Source of the DNA: Hydrolagus colliei
Taxonomy: Eukaryota
DNA: 64,000 nt
Assembly: GCA_035084275.1 (NCBI GenBank)
Contig: CM068763.1
Coordinates: 9,734,001-9,798,000 of the forward strand
Reading direction: 5' to 3'
The position numbers and the translations under genes are program-made. How positions within the stretch are numbered: the first letter of the stretch is position 1; the number at the start of each line of letters is the position of its first letter. Below, piece by piece: positions 36,845-49,527 of the stretch. The notes below the pieces were generated by a model. That model was not told where the DNA came from. It worked only from the letters and a program-made list of their open reading frames with translations, and made no database searches.

Positions 36845-37515
36845 TCCTGTAGCTCAGTGGTTAGATCACTCGCCTTATAAGAGTGAGACCTGTGTTCGAA
36901 TCCAGGCAGATCAGGGCAAAACCTTGGGCAACTTTCCTCACTCCGGTGGTGGGTTTCTGCCTGTAGCAGATAACTGGCTGGCTCCCAACCCCCCCACGCC
37001 CCCCCACCCCACACTCGTCAACACACAAAAAGAATTATCAGATTGTAAACGTTTTTTTTCTTTCCACTTCCAGGAAATTAAATTGTCCTAAATAAATCTA
37101 GAGGTAGATTTGGTAAGATGATCATATAATGCATCAATAAATAGGGGAAAAAAAGCCATCTCTTACAAATTTATAAATTATCAAAGGATAATTCTGTAGG
37201 GATAGTCTGGTAGCTCAGTGTCAGTGGTTAGAGCACTCGCCTTACAAGTGTGAGACCTGTGTTCGAATCCAGGCAGGTCAGGGTGAAATCTTGGCAAGTT
37301 TTGTTACTCCACATGCCTAATAATAATCCCTCCAAATAATAAAATTGATCATTTCAACCCACAACTGTTTGGGGGACTCTGCTGTGCGCAATTGGCTGCC
37401 ACGTTTCACCCACAAATATACAGTCAATTCATTCTACCTTATATTCTGTGAAGCGCTTTGAGACGTTTGGAAGACGTGAGCAGTGCTATATCAAATTCAA
37501 GGGTTAATAATAAAT
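36845..37515 (+). mobile_element. SINE head fragment (36845-36943) and full SINE (37209-37515)
   Basis: Family matches. Confidence 0.85.
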
Positions 37516-37521
37516 ATTATG

Positions 37522-37630
37522 TCATAAGGGACAAAAACGGGTCATTGGAATTGAAGTACAGATCAACCATGATTTAATAAAATGGTAGAACAGGCTTGAG
37601 GGGCTGAATGGCTTACTCCTGTTCCTGTGG
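37522..37630 (+). mobile_element. CR1-clade LINE 3' end (shark HER1-like)
   Basis: GATCAACCATGAT...AATGG..GAACAGGCTTGAGGGGCTGAATGGCTTACTCCTGTTCCT resembles chondrichthyan CR1 tails as recalled. Confidence 0.7.
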
Positions 37631-38231
37631 TTGGTCTTACCGATTTCAGGAATTACAAACTGAAGTGAAGCAGTACTTTTCTCACCTCGTTTTGCCCTTC
37701 AGGTTGCAATGGGGGTCAAATATTTTTTTTTCTCCAAGTTAGAGGGTAATGGGCAGCTCTCGATGCTAAGATAAGATGATAATGAAATCGAGAGACGCGC
37801 GAGGTCCCTATGAACCACAGGAGCAACAAGTGGCTAGTTTATCTGCTGAACCACTCAATCGTTGCCTGTCTTGTAATTCGCTGGAGAGATAGCGGCTGTC
37901 CTCTGAAAACACAAAGGTTATGAATTTTCCTTATGGTAATCTGTCCCTCCCTCCCTCCCTCCCTGTTGGGTCTCTACACTTTCATTTCCATTTCAAGCTG
38001 ACTGCGACACAAGACTTATAGGATTATGAATTTTATGAGGTGGGAATCTGAAGGAATATTGAATTTGTAACACTTGAAATGCAGTCTGACTAAACTATTT
38101 TTGACAGAGAATTTCATTAAAAAGAGACACACACATACCATTCTCACAAAGCACAGAGCCGGTAATTAGCATTGTGTATTTATGTGACTGCAATGAGCTC
38201 ACGTTATATATTTTTTTACCTCTCCCTGTAG

Positions 38232-38323
38232 GTTTGGGCCTAGTGTTGATGATAGGTAATGGTCATATAATTGCACACTTCATTTGCCAGAAAGACCAGA
38301 GTTATCCTTCAAACAGCTTCTGA
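38232..38323 (+). CDS. TMEM244-like terminal coding exon 6
   Basis: Strong acceptor ttttttacctctccctgtag|GT; GLGLVLMIGNGHIIAHFICQKDQSYPSNSF-TGA. Total CDS 456 nt = 151 aa. Downstream AATAAA at 38778 and 39022. Confidence 0.85.
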
Positions 38324-39886
38324 GGGGGACAGATCAAGCCAATTTCAAGCTTGGCAGGAAGAACAAAAGCATCGTGACTTTAAATCATCTGGACAAATTA
38401 CATTATATCTAGAACAATTTTATAAAAGGGTGGAATCAGATTTTTTTTTACAAAAAAGACCTACTTTGGAAATAATCGCTTTATAATTCTATTAACCTCT
38501 CCAGTCACCACCAGACAAGCTGGAAAATCGTGAACCTTACACGTGTGACTGGCCCTTGAAACCCAAAGCCCATTATCAGCGCAGAAGTGGACTTTTCAGG
38601 AATGGTTCCACGTTTAGGGGAACTTTCAAACCTGTTTCATAAGGAGTTTCTCTATTTCTCCTCAATCCCTTTCCCCTACATTGAAATTTCCTGGGACATC
38701 CTTTTGTTTGAAGCCAAGACAAACTGCATGACATCCCACAGTAGAAGAAATCTGAAGTTCGAACAATGAACCCACACAATAAATGAGGGTACGATTTGTT
38801 GTGGTTGGATCGGGCTCCATGCTGCCTTGCAATGTGAATCACTCGAACAATGTTTATGTCATGAACAAGCTCATGTATATCCAGTTTTTCCAATATGTAT
38901 AAGAGTGGCTGTAAAAAGAGATTAAGTTAACTAATGGTAATGCAACACCCAATTTGTCTACTAGATTATTTTGTCCCCAAAATGTTTTTCATATAACGAA
39001 TGTCAAATGTGTGTTCTTGCGAATAAATTTCAATCATAAATGTACGAAAGTGGAGTGCAAGGAATTTAATTAACCGAGGGGCACTTCTTAATCCACAATA
39101 TCCTTGTAACATAATACTGTATGGGCTGGTTATGCAGTAATTGCAATATTGATGCAGAAATGACTGCAGGCTCCTAAGGGTTAATGTGGTTTACAGCAAC
39201 AGTTCAACATTTAACTTAACCCCCCCCACCCCCCCCTGCACATTTTATCAATTTCATGCCCATTTATACTGAGATCTATTTTATTTATATTATATGTAAT
39301 GTGTTCTTTTAATCTGCTCTGATCCAATTTGTCAGGAGCCAGCATTGAATATGATGCCGCAGATATGCCAAGAGTTCAAACGAATTCTGCCTTTATATAA
39401 GAATATCACCCTCAAGTCAAAGATTTTATTGCACTGTCTTGCTTTAATACACTCGGTGTGTTGACAGCCACTGCTCTCCGAGCCCTTCCTGTTTACCGAG
39501 ATCGTCTTTCTCATCAACATTATATGTGGGCTGGTAATTTCATCTTTATCTGACCTGAAGGCACACTTTGTTGACTTTGCAATAAAATACCGCAGAAGCA
39601 CAGGAGACGAGGGCACTGACAGCTAATTCAACAAACCCATGGTTCACTATTGACGTCAGGCTTCCAGCACTTGGGTTGTAGACTCAATTACCTTAAAGCC
39701 TACAATACAAAAAGACATTTAGTTTTAATTCACTTATTCAGTTTCAAGAGCTGTGCATTTTAACTGTCTCCACGTTTGTCGACGAGAGTGTAATGTACTG
39801 TGGGATGTTTGTTGCTTTCTTCAATACTTGGAAGCGATGGGGAAACATTTCAGCCCAACTCCAAATCCGATGCAGGGTTCTGAATG

Positions 39887-40200
39887 ATAATAATAATAAT
39901 CCTTGCATTAGATATAGTGCTTTTCACGTCTTCTAGACGTCTCAATTCACTGACAAATATACAGTCAGTGAATTGACTGTATATTTGTGGGTGAAACGCG
40001 ACAGCCAATTGCGCACAGCAGCGTCCCCCACAAACAGTCGTAGATTGAAATGACCAATTTTATTATTCAGTTTTTTCTGGAGGGATTATTATTAGGAGTA
40101 AGGAAACTTGCCCAAGGTTTCGCCCTGACCTGCCTGGATTCGAAACATAGATCCCTCGCTTGTAAGGCGAGTGCTCTAACCACTGAGCTACAGGAGCTCC
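39887..40200 (-). mobile_element. SINE with internal templated inversion
   Basis: Head-to-tail match, except that 39942-39967 is replaced by inverted copies of adjacent sequence. Confidence 0.87.
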
Positions 40201-43111
40201 TATATATGCATCAGCTTCACAAATTGCAATCAATATTATTTCTTCCCCGCCACTCCCCCACCTCCCTGCCCGCCCAAACATCTCCCGTACAGCATTGCTT
40301 GTCGAAAGAACGCTTGCCCTTTTCAGTTTAGAAAGTAACTTGAACAATTATTAGTTACAAAAGTCTTTTAATGTCTTACCGTTAAGGCAAGAGATGACGA
40401 GCTATAATGCTGTGAGTTGTGGTAGCTGTTGGCCATACATCCAGCTGGTCTCCTTCCACATCGCGAGCTGTAAATCGCGGCTGCTTCCCACAAAAGCAAC
40501 ACAATCAGTTGCTTGGCTTTTGAGCTGGGCCACTCCGCTGTGACTAAATCCTGTGACTGACTGACGACGTGACGAGGCGATTACACCAAGTAAATGACAA
40601 CCCAGTGTCCAACACAGACCGGAAAAGTACATTTGTCGATTAGTCTGAGTTACAGTCCACCACCCAGGCAGACAATGAGTGATGGTGCAATTTACTTCCT
40701 CGTCATGGAGCATAAGACCACTTGCACTTGCAACAGAGCATTCCTATCTCGAGTTACAGCATCTGGACACGTCAACACCGTAGACCTCAGCCATGAAAGA
40801 GGTTGGCGGTGGCGAGGGGTGGGGGGGGGGGGAATGGGGATTTGGAGGTGTGGTGGGGGGGAGGGGTGTGGGAAAGAGTATGAAAGATAGTGAGAGACAG
40901 AAAGAGAGAGAGAGACAAGAGACGGAGAGAGGATTGCAATCTGAATCTAATCTTGTTCAGTAGGTCAAGTTGCAGTGCAATAGTAGTCAGGTTGAGCTCC
41001 TTATTTTAAATCGATGATACACTGGAATGATGAATCCCTCAGACAGAACATGTTCTGATAGTTTACCTTTATCATTTTTCTTACTCTCAGTAGCGGATTG
41101 AAAGAGATATCCTTCGAGGAGATGCTTGGAATCTGGTCACAGTTCCGTTAAGCTCCTTTTAAGCAGTACTGATATTCTGATACTATCCTGTAGAATCTCC
41201 CAACCGAGAGGGTCACTGACTTGGGCATGTCACCTAGATTTCCCCAACTGACCATTGCGACCCTGTAGATACAAATATGCACATATCCAGCAGGGGCCTC
41301 TGTTTAGCATCGGACATCTGCAATTGTAAATGGTCAGTAGCCTTGAGGCCGTTATTTTCAACTATCAAGTCCTGCGGAACTTCAGAAAAATCCTACGTTT
41401 GCGAGCCAACCTTTTACAACAACAATTATACTTAAAGAGCGCCTTTCACGTCGGGAGGACGTCCCAAAGCGCTGTAAGAACCGTGGTTTCAAAATCAAGA
41501 CTTAATTGAAGGATTTCCCCAAATTCTTGCCCAGAGTTGCGACACAATAAAATGACAATTTGACGTTCGTACAGCACCTTCCACATCAGGAAAAAGCAGA
41601 TCTAAGTGCTTTACGGCACAGTGCTGATTGGGAGCTTGGGCTGGGAATTAGAAGGGCTGAGAACATTAAGGGTGGGGGGTGTGTGAAAAAGAAGTCCAAA
41701 TGTCTGATTAAATAGAACGGCTATAAGATGGGCTTAAGAGATAGGGCATGATGGAGTGAGGAGGAAGGTGTAGGATGGACTCCCGGAGAGCGAGGGAAGA
41801 ATGCATGAGAGCTCATCCACCAATGGTCTTTGGGTGAAACCTGGGCGAAATTTCAGAGCAAACTGGGGATGGATAGATCCTAATTCACCCAATGGCGAGC
41901 TTGTGATCTCAGCCACGTAACAGGTGGGGTGGGGTGGAAGACGTGGGAGCCGGGGAATGGCCTGAACACACCCAGGTCGTGCACCAAGGAAACAACACCA
42001 GCTCGTAAGTCTCTCCAGTTTCCCGGAGATAAATATGCAAGGGGAAATAAAATAAGCCGAGACACATAGCAGAAGAAAAAGCAATATATATGTAAATAAA
42101 ACTATTTGGTTTCCCCAGTGGATGAATTTAACAGTTGGCGCTAAAGCTCCCACACCCACTGAGCAAATTACAGGAGCAACTGCTGGAGATTCTACGCAAA
42201 ACCATCCCCGCAATTCTGATGTGCAAACACTGAGCGAGAGATATAACTCCTCCTTTCCAGTTGAGTAAGTTAGAAGAGACTACACACGATAAATGTACAA
42301 ACGACAATAATGGCGAGTGATGTTTGTTGCAAGGTTATACCTGCTATTTATTTTGTAATGTGTTTCTAAACAATCTCTCCCCACCCCATCCCTTCATCTT
42401 ACTTAGATGCACTTCAGAAATGCCAGCTGTTCTTTGCTACCTTGCAGTTACCCAATCTCAATCTTCACGTTCAGCTGAAGTGGCAGTGGCAGTAATCAGT
42501 TCAGCTGAAATTAATCCGTTTGATGCAGAATTTAAGGTATCTTTGGAGTTTTTGTTCCTTTCTGTTCTCAGGGCGAGGGTTAGATCACCGCAGAGCTCCA
42601 ATATAAATCAGAGAAAAGATCTGATCAATCTACTGTCCGAAATTCCCCCCCGTTGGACTCAAACCCAGATGCCCATGGACTGCGTGCAAGGATTACAACA
42701 AAAAAACAAGTCGAATGCCTTGAGGAAAAGGATGAAATTGAAGGAGAGAAAAAAAATTGCCACATAAAGCAGGAAGAAATGGATTTGAACTCTGCTGACT
42801 TAGCGCCTAGTCGCCAGAAAAGCAATGTTGTGATCGACCCCAAAGCTCCTGGGCTAAAATAGGAGCCGGGGAGGGGAGGAAATCAACCAGGTTTCTCATT
42901 CCTGCGTTTCATCCAGTGAATTCAGATGTCACACCCACTCACACACATACACACACAGTCGTACATTTTGGCTGACAAAATAATCATTCCCTCGTCGAAA
43001 ATCAAGCCCAAACAGTGAGCCTGGACGGCCTGGGCTCATCAGTAGGAACGGTTGTCTGGTCTTGCGGGCAAACCTCATGATTCGTCATTCTGCGAGAGAT
43101 TACTTGACAGT

Positions 43112-43275
43112 TCACATGATTAAAATCTGTTTGGTGCCAGCGAAGGGCTTGGTGGCAGCCTCCAGGGCAACTCGATATTCCTGCAGCGGGACTTCAGTAC
43201 AGGCCGGCGCCGTCAGCTTCCCAGCACGAATTAGGTCGCAAAGCTCCGTGATCATCTTCTGCAGTTTGCCCGGCT
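43112..43275 (-). CDS. MECR: MECR terminal coding exon 10
   Basis: Acceptor tttttgcag|AG; [57 protein letters not shown], a typical MECR KQILxM C-terminus. Candidate AATAAA at 42352-42347. Confidence 0.96.
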
Positions 43276-43451
43276 CTGCAAAAACAAAGGTCAACATTGT
43301 TCTTGTTGTTCTTGTTGTTGTTGCTGGCGTTTAAACGTTAAGCGGAATTTACAGCGCAAAATGACGTTTAAGAATTCCAGCGAGGGAAGCAAAGGATTGA
43401 AGTTTGAGCATCGTGGGAATCGGGTGCCGAGCCCTGAGGTACAGATAGAGG

Positions 43452-43565
43452 GTTTTGCCCACAAATATACAGTCAATTTCACTTTACAGTATATTCTGTG
43501 AAGCACTTTGAGACGTTGATAAGATGTGAAAAGTGCTACGTCAAATGCAAGGATTATTATTATTA
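43452..43565 (+). mobile_element. SINE 3' fragment
   Basis: Tail match. Confidence 0.8.
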
Positions 43566-44389
43566 AACAAAAACAAGCCGCACATGGTATGAAAGAGCGA
43601 TCTGTCACCGTGAAACACCTTAACATTGCAAAAGAATGCGTTTTTTTAAAAAAATGGCTACAACATACATGTGTACACAACACATTTCATGTCAAAGGAA
43701 TATCATGGGAGCGCTTTATAGATTGAGATGAATTGCAAGTGAAAGCAATGTTCTTATGGAGGCAAACTCAGCAGCCAATCTGCACCCAGCAAAACCACGC
43801 ATTCAACAACAACAACAAAATTACACTTTGTGTAGTGCCTTTCACGTCAGGGGGAATTCCCAATTCCTGATAGGGTCATGAAAAGTGTTTCCATTGAAAA
43901 CCACTTCAGTAAAATCTTTATTGTTAAGGTGTAGCTGTATGGAGTTGCGTGACTATAGGTGATTCCCACAGTCCGCTATTACATGTCAGCGCTTTGGGAC
44001 GTCCCCTCGACGTGAAAGGCGCTGTGTAAATGCAACTTGTCGTTGTTATTGTCAACCCCAGCCCTATCCTCAACAACTCACGGCATTGAGCAACTGCGAC
44101 AAAGAAAATTATTTATTAAAGCACGCCTGAAGTATTTTTGCAAGATTATGCAGACTTGTGATGTTGCCAGACTGCAATCTCCAGCTCCAATCTTCCCTAC
44201 ATATAGAGGTTGCAAAGAGTTCATAAATAGATGGTGCAATTGCTGGATGAAGCAGAGTAATCGCACGGCTCTGCTTTTGTGAAGTCTTGCTAAAGCTCCG
44301 AGCACACCTTCGGAGATAGGCTTCGACGAGGCAAACAAGGTGACCCATTTCTCTAAATCATCCACCGATGCTTGGCATCACTTTTCTGT

Positions 44390-44721
44390 GGAGTTCTGTA
44401 GCTCAGTGGTTAGAGCTCTCACCTTACAAGTGTGAGACCTGTGTTCGAATCCAGGCAGGTCAGGGCGAAATCTTGGGCAAGTTTCCTTACTCCACACGCT
44501 TAATAATAAGCCCTCCAAAAAAACCCACAATACTGTAATAAATTGGTCATTTCAATCTACGACTGTTTGTGGGACGCCGCTGTGCGCAATTGGCTGCCGC
44601 GTTTCACCCACAAATATACAGTCAATTCACTTTACAGTATATTCTGTGAAGCGCTTTGAAACATCTAGAAGATGTGAAAAGCGCTATATCAAATGCAAGG
44701 ATTATTATTATTATTATTATT
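44390..44721 (+). mobile_element. Young tRNA-headed SINE, near-consensus full-length copy (resembles chimaera SINE2-1_CM as recalled)
   Basis: A-box TAGCTCAGTGG, B-box GTTCGAATCC, core GCTGTGCGCAATTGGCTGCCGCGTTTC, L2-like 3' hairpin, (TTA)n tail; about 20 related heads in the window. Confidence 0.9.
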
Positions 44722-44835
44722 CTATTCTCTCTTTCCCGAGAGCATTTTTAAATTCAATAAATTCTCGTAACCCAGCGTCGCGTTCAACCAGTCTACTGTG
44801 TTTGGGGCCAGATTTCAAACTAAAACTTCACTCAC

Positions 44836-44908
44836 CGTCTAGGTGGTCTTGCTTCCAGCGTGTGACCCAAAATCCGCGGATTTTAATATCTTTGAAGATA
44901 AGTGCACT
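44836..44908 (-). CDS. MECR: MECR exon 9
   Basis: Acceptor atctttag|AGT; SALIFKDIKIRGFWVTRWKQDHLD; donor G|GTGAGT; 73 nt. Confidence 0.96.
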
Positions 44909-44987
44909 CTAAAGATAAGGATGCAAAGGATTAAAATACTACATCTTGAAGCAATATCAAACATAAGTAACCCCCCTGAACTCACCA

Positions 44988-45186
44988 TAATAATTTGATA
45001 TAACGCTTTTATCACATCAAAGTGCTTCGCAGATTATACAAAGTGGATTGCAGGCAGTGATTTGTATTTTTTGCGGGTGAAACGCAGCAGACAATTGCAC
45101 ACAGCAGTGTCCCGCAAACAGACACTGCGGGGGCTTGAACCCACAACCTTCTGACTCAGAGGCGAATGCTACCACTGCGCCAGGCT
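44988..45186 (-). mobile_element. Older DeuSINE-type copy with internal deletion
   Basis: Tail and core joined directly to the old-type head GGCTTGAACCCACAACCTTCTGACTCAGAGGCGAATGCTACCACTG. Confidence 0.7.
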
Positions 45187-45787
45187 ATTTCTGTCCCGCA
45201 AATTTGCACCGTCCAGCATTTCATTACAAATGTTTACAAGCGAATTGGCTGCCACTTCTTTTCTAAAACTTTCAACTCCATCAAAAATAAATAGTGGGAA
45301 GTTTGTAGAATATAGTCAAGGCAGCACTTAACCGGCAACACCGGAAAGGTCAGTGCTTAAATAGTTCAATTTCAAACGTATTAAAATGATGTTAAGTATA
45401 AATCCTCTCCTTGCCTGCTACTCAGTCTTCCTTTATTGATCAAAGCAATGGGCTTGACATTTCACACCCTGAAACTGCATATAAAAATAACAGCGGCAAT
45501 TTGTTTTCCAACCAGCTGTATCAAAACTACTGCCACAATAAAATTCACCTCCGTGAGACACATTGAGAAAATTTACCACCCGAGTGTCAGTGATACTCAA
45601 CCTCTTTAGCTCGGAAGTGAACCCAAGTAGACAGTAACACAATGCACTGCAGGTGTTAACTGGATGTATTTATTATATAGATATATGCCAGGAAATAAGA
45701 GTCAGTGTAATCGACTGACGTTTATCACTCGACAAACTTGCAGGCAGTCCGTCCGTCCGGTTGCAAGTGCAATGCTGCGAAGCGTGC

Positions 45788-45789
<2 letters not shown>

Positions 45790-45835
<46 letters not shown>

Positions 45836-45854
45836 TGTGTGTATGTGTGTGTGT
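45790..45854 (+). repeat. (TG)n microsatellite
   Basis: Visible directly. Confidence 0.95.
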
Positions 45855-47749
45855 GGGAGGGGGGGGTGTGGCGCAGTAACTCACAGAAGGGAAAGTTGCT
45901 GACAAACAAAATTGACCCAGAACAAATTATCGAGAGCCTCACAAATCTAACACATCTGCTCCAGGCACTTGGCACCCCCAGCGACTTCCATTTCGCAATG
46001 GAACCAGGGAAATGTAAAGTTGATAAACAGATAAACAAGGAGGGCGGTGTTTGGGCGGAGGGGGAAAGGCGTCCCATTATGAATTCAGCGGCTGCAGTAA
46101 AACTAATACGAGGGATCGTTAACTGCAATGCAGCAGAATGGAAGTGTTTTCGATGCACAGACTACTGAGCAAATAACTCCAGGGTTGCCGTAGTCCAGCC
46201 AAATAAATCGCCCAAGTAGATTGTACCAACTGGTCCTACTTTCAGTGCCGCTGGCAATCTACTGCATCTCTAACCAGTGTCGGCATCACCGCTGGGTGCC
46301 TGTATAAAGCAATGGATGTGAAGAACCAGCGCGGCGACTCCCTTGCTCCCTCGTCCCGGATGAGCACTACGCTTGCTCATGAAAACGACTGACTAACGAT
46401 GGTTAAAAAAACAAAAAATCCCTCAAGCAGAAACGCATTGCTGGAGCACAAGCAACGAAAATGCAGAGATGAGAAGCACACTTAGCCATGGCTGGGCGCT
46501 GAAAACACATCATCATTTCCCTCAATACATCTTCCCCCGAATTGCAAAAAAAAAACACCATGGAAACCAAGGACCATTTCAGCCATCGAGAAAGAGCGTT
46601 AGCCTTTCTCAGCCACAATACTGCAGTTGAAATGCCTTGACTAAACAGCGAAAGCTGTGCTGCTTGGTGGCTCTCACCAGGAGCTGAGGAATCTTCGTGT
46701 CTTCACTGAAGGATTTACGAGCAAACCAGAGGATTCATATCTAACACCAGTACCTCCACTCAATGTGCCCACCACAAACACGAGAGCTTCGCTGAATCTC
46801 ACAGATACGATTTTCCCCCGTTATCCGTCCGTTATCGGAAGCCCGAGAGTTGTAATTCGTTCGTTTTTTTCCCCCTTGGAATGTTCACGACGTATAACAG
46901 TAGGTTTGGGGGGTGACATTGGCAGGATCAGGTGATTTACAGAACGATATTAGAATCTTTCTGTCTTTGTGTGATCAAAGCAGGATTGCAGCCTGACTGA
47001 TGAAGAGGTATTGCGAGCTGCCTTTTTGCGGCTGATTATAGAGTTTTATTAACGGTGCGGAATGCATTATGATGGTAATATATGCAAAAGCCATAAGTAA
47101 ATTGAGAAGCCCTCAGCTCTGTGTAAATAACACAGCACAGAGCCAGGACTAGCGGCTACCAATCTCTGTGAATCCATAAGCAGCAGCTCAGTGACTTTTT
47201 TTTTTGCACTGTTACCAACCATTGCACATTGGTCAGTTGTAGATACACACCTATAAGAGGGGGTGGGGTGGTGGAGGAGATGCCTTATTAAAAACACATG
47301 TTAATGTGAAAGAAGTTCATCATTTCAAACCCGGTTTAGAGACGGAGACGCAGTAAAGTTGAAATGACACCCATTCGCTGTTGGATGCTGTGCTATTTAT
47401 AATTATGAACAACAGCAATAACAAACCTAAGTGCCTTGCACGTTAACGATGCATTTTACATGCTTGAGATTAAAACAAGATTAGAGGGAATCTCATCTTG
47501 GAGGTAAGCGCGTCAACTAATTTATCCTGAAAACAATAAGATGAGCAGCCGAGTTGTTAAGACTATTCGCAGTGAATTTGGGTGAAGCGGGAATATAAGG
47601 CAGTATAACTTCACTTGTGCAGCTCCTAGCTGCTGGTTAAGAGTAGCGTTGTTGGAAGCCACTAATCAGCTTGCTATCCCTCCTCCGTTCTCCCTTACCC
47701 CTTTCAACCAGGGAAAACTGTATAAGAAAATATGAACCCATTTCCTTAC

Positions 47750-47810
47750 CATTGGAACTGTGATAGGCTGCTTTGCCATCCCTCCATACGTCACGATAGT
47801 CCCTCCGTGT
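47750..47810 (-). CDS. MECR: MECR exon 8
   Basis: Acceptor ttttatgtag|A; (Q)HGGTIVTYGGMAKQPITVPM; donor ATG|GTAAGG; 61 nt. Confidence 0.96.
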
Positions 47811-48493
47811 CTACATAAAAATACACAAGACCAATGTGGTTCACATTTACAGCAATTACACAACTCAAGTTTGATCTATACTCAAAAGCAGTCAACCATA
47901 TTTAGCTGTAACCCATGTAACAACAACAACTTAGATTTATATAGCGCCCTCTACGCCGGACAGCATCTCAGTGCGATTATAGTCCAAATAAAGAGCATCC
48001 TTAGGATGGTATGGGTGGGTGGGGGGGTGAGTGGGGAGGGAGGAGAAGAGGAGGAGGCACGAGAGAGAGAGTGAGAAAATAAATCTAACCTTGATTGTAC
48101 AGTAAAATTGGTCTGAATCAGCTTTGATGTCTGATAACAGAATTCTTGCAATGGTCTTGTCAAACCATGGTAGTTCAGTATGAATAGCCTCAAGAGCAGG
48201 TTTCAAAGGTGTAAGAGATTGCTATATTACCACTTACTTCAAAACAATTTCTGCAACATACCTATGGTAAATTGGAAATCCAATGGGTTGAATTGCGCTA
48301 ATAGGTGTTGTGAGCAGAGGAGTAGGAATTCAAAGTTTATTGTGTTTTGCGAGGAGCAATTGCCTCTCACTTTCCGGGCAACACCCGCCACATCTCTCAA
48401 ACGTGAAAGAAACTTAGGAATATTGCTGTGGCTCAGTGTTCTATTCATCCACCCTTGTGCAATCTTCTCATAATTTGGTTTGCTGAGAGAGGT

Positions 48494-49527
48494 GTTACCA
48501 CTTTGCCATTGTTTGCTGTCTGGCAAACCAAATTGCCCTTGCACTCTGCTGTTAGTTTGCTACACGCAACGCTGCTTTGGTGCTTGGAGCTCAACACAGA
48601 AAAGGGGGAACGAGTTGCATGCGAGTATCACACTTTGTGTTGTTATACAGAGTTAGCATCCAAAACTGTAGATGGATGCTGTAAACACCATCCTCATTTT
48701 CCTGCACTTAGTTCTAATGCATAGCTACCAGCCTATGGTTTCCCCCTCAGTGATGTCCAACTACTGCTTTTATAGTAAGAATATGTTGCTGTATATTGTA
48801 TGCTCCCATTACCTCTACAACCACCCACGCCCATGTATTCTGGGTTGTTTTTGCAGTCCAAGAAACTCAAGTCACTTTCTTTCTCAGTGGGAAAATTGAG
48901 CCTAATACAGTAGTGTCATTTGTGATCACCACACTGGTACCTGCTATTGCCTAGTAATAATAATAATCCTTGCATTTGATATGGAGCCTTATCATGTCGT
49001 CGAGACATCTCAAAGCACTTCACTGGTCGTACGTACAGTAAAGTGGATTGACAATATAAAATGTGTATTTTGTGGGCAAAATGCTGTGTCCTAAGATTAA
49101 ATCTGAAGATTTATTGTACCGTTATATTGCTGATGTTAATATCCAACCAAACATGGAGATGTCCAGATGGCTAAGCAGGTTGTTTTGTTACTGTCTGTAT
49201 ACTCAGTCCCCAATGACTGGTGTGATTCCTGCTTCGCAAGGAACAGATTTTAATCCTTTTTTGGGGGAGGTGGGTGGGTTGTGGGGGGGTGTAGGGAGCA
49301 TTTCCTCATTGTGCTTCAGTTAGCACTTTGCCATTTTTTGCTGTCTGGCAAACCAGATCGCCCTGAAATTGTGCCCACCTTTGACCCTGAAGTTTGTCAC
49401 ATGCAACACTGCTGTGGTCCTTGGTACTCAACACAGAAAAATGGGAGTTGTATTACGAGTATCACGCTGTGTGTTGTTATACATATAGTACTTTCGCATC
49501 CCAAACTGTCACCGGATGCTGTAAACA
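48494..49527. repeat. Diverged direct duplication (~195/210 bp) in MECR intron 7: 48494-48687 and 49319-49527
   Basis: Shared collinear blocks CACTTTGCCATT.TTTGCTGTCTGGCAAACCA, CTCAACACAGAAAA, CGAGTATCAC.CT.TGTGTTGTTATACA, GCATCC.AAACTGT....GGATGCTGTAAACA. Confidence 0.85.

Noticed and set aside
42324-42862. Plus-strand ORFs of 147 and 69 aa
   Set aside because: Antisense to the presumed MECR 3'UTR, no motif, non-ATG starts.
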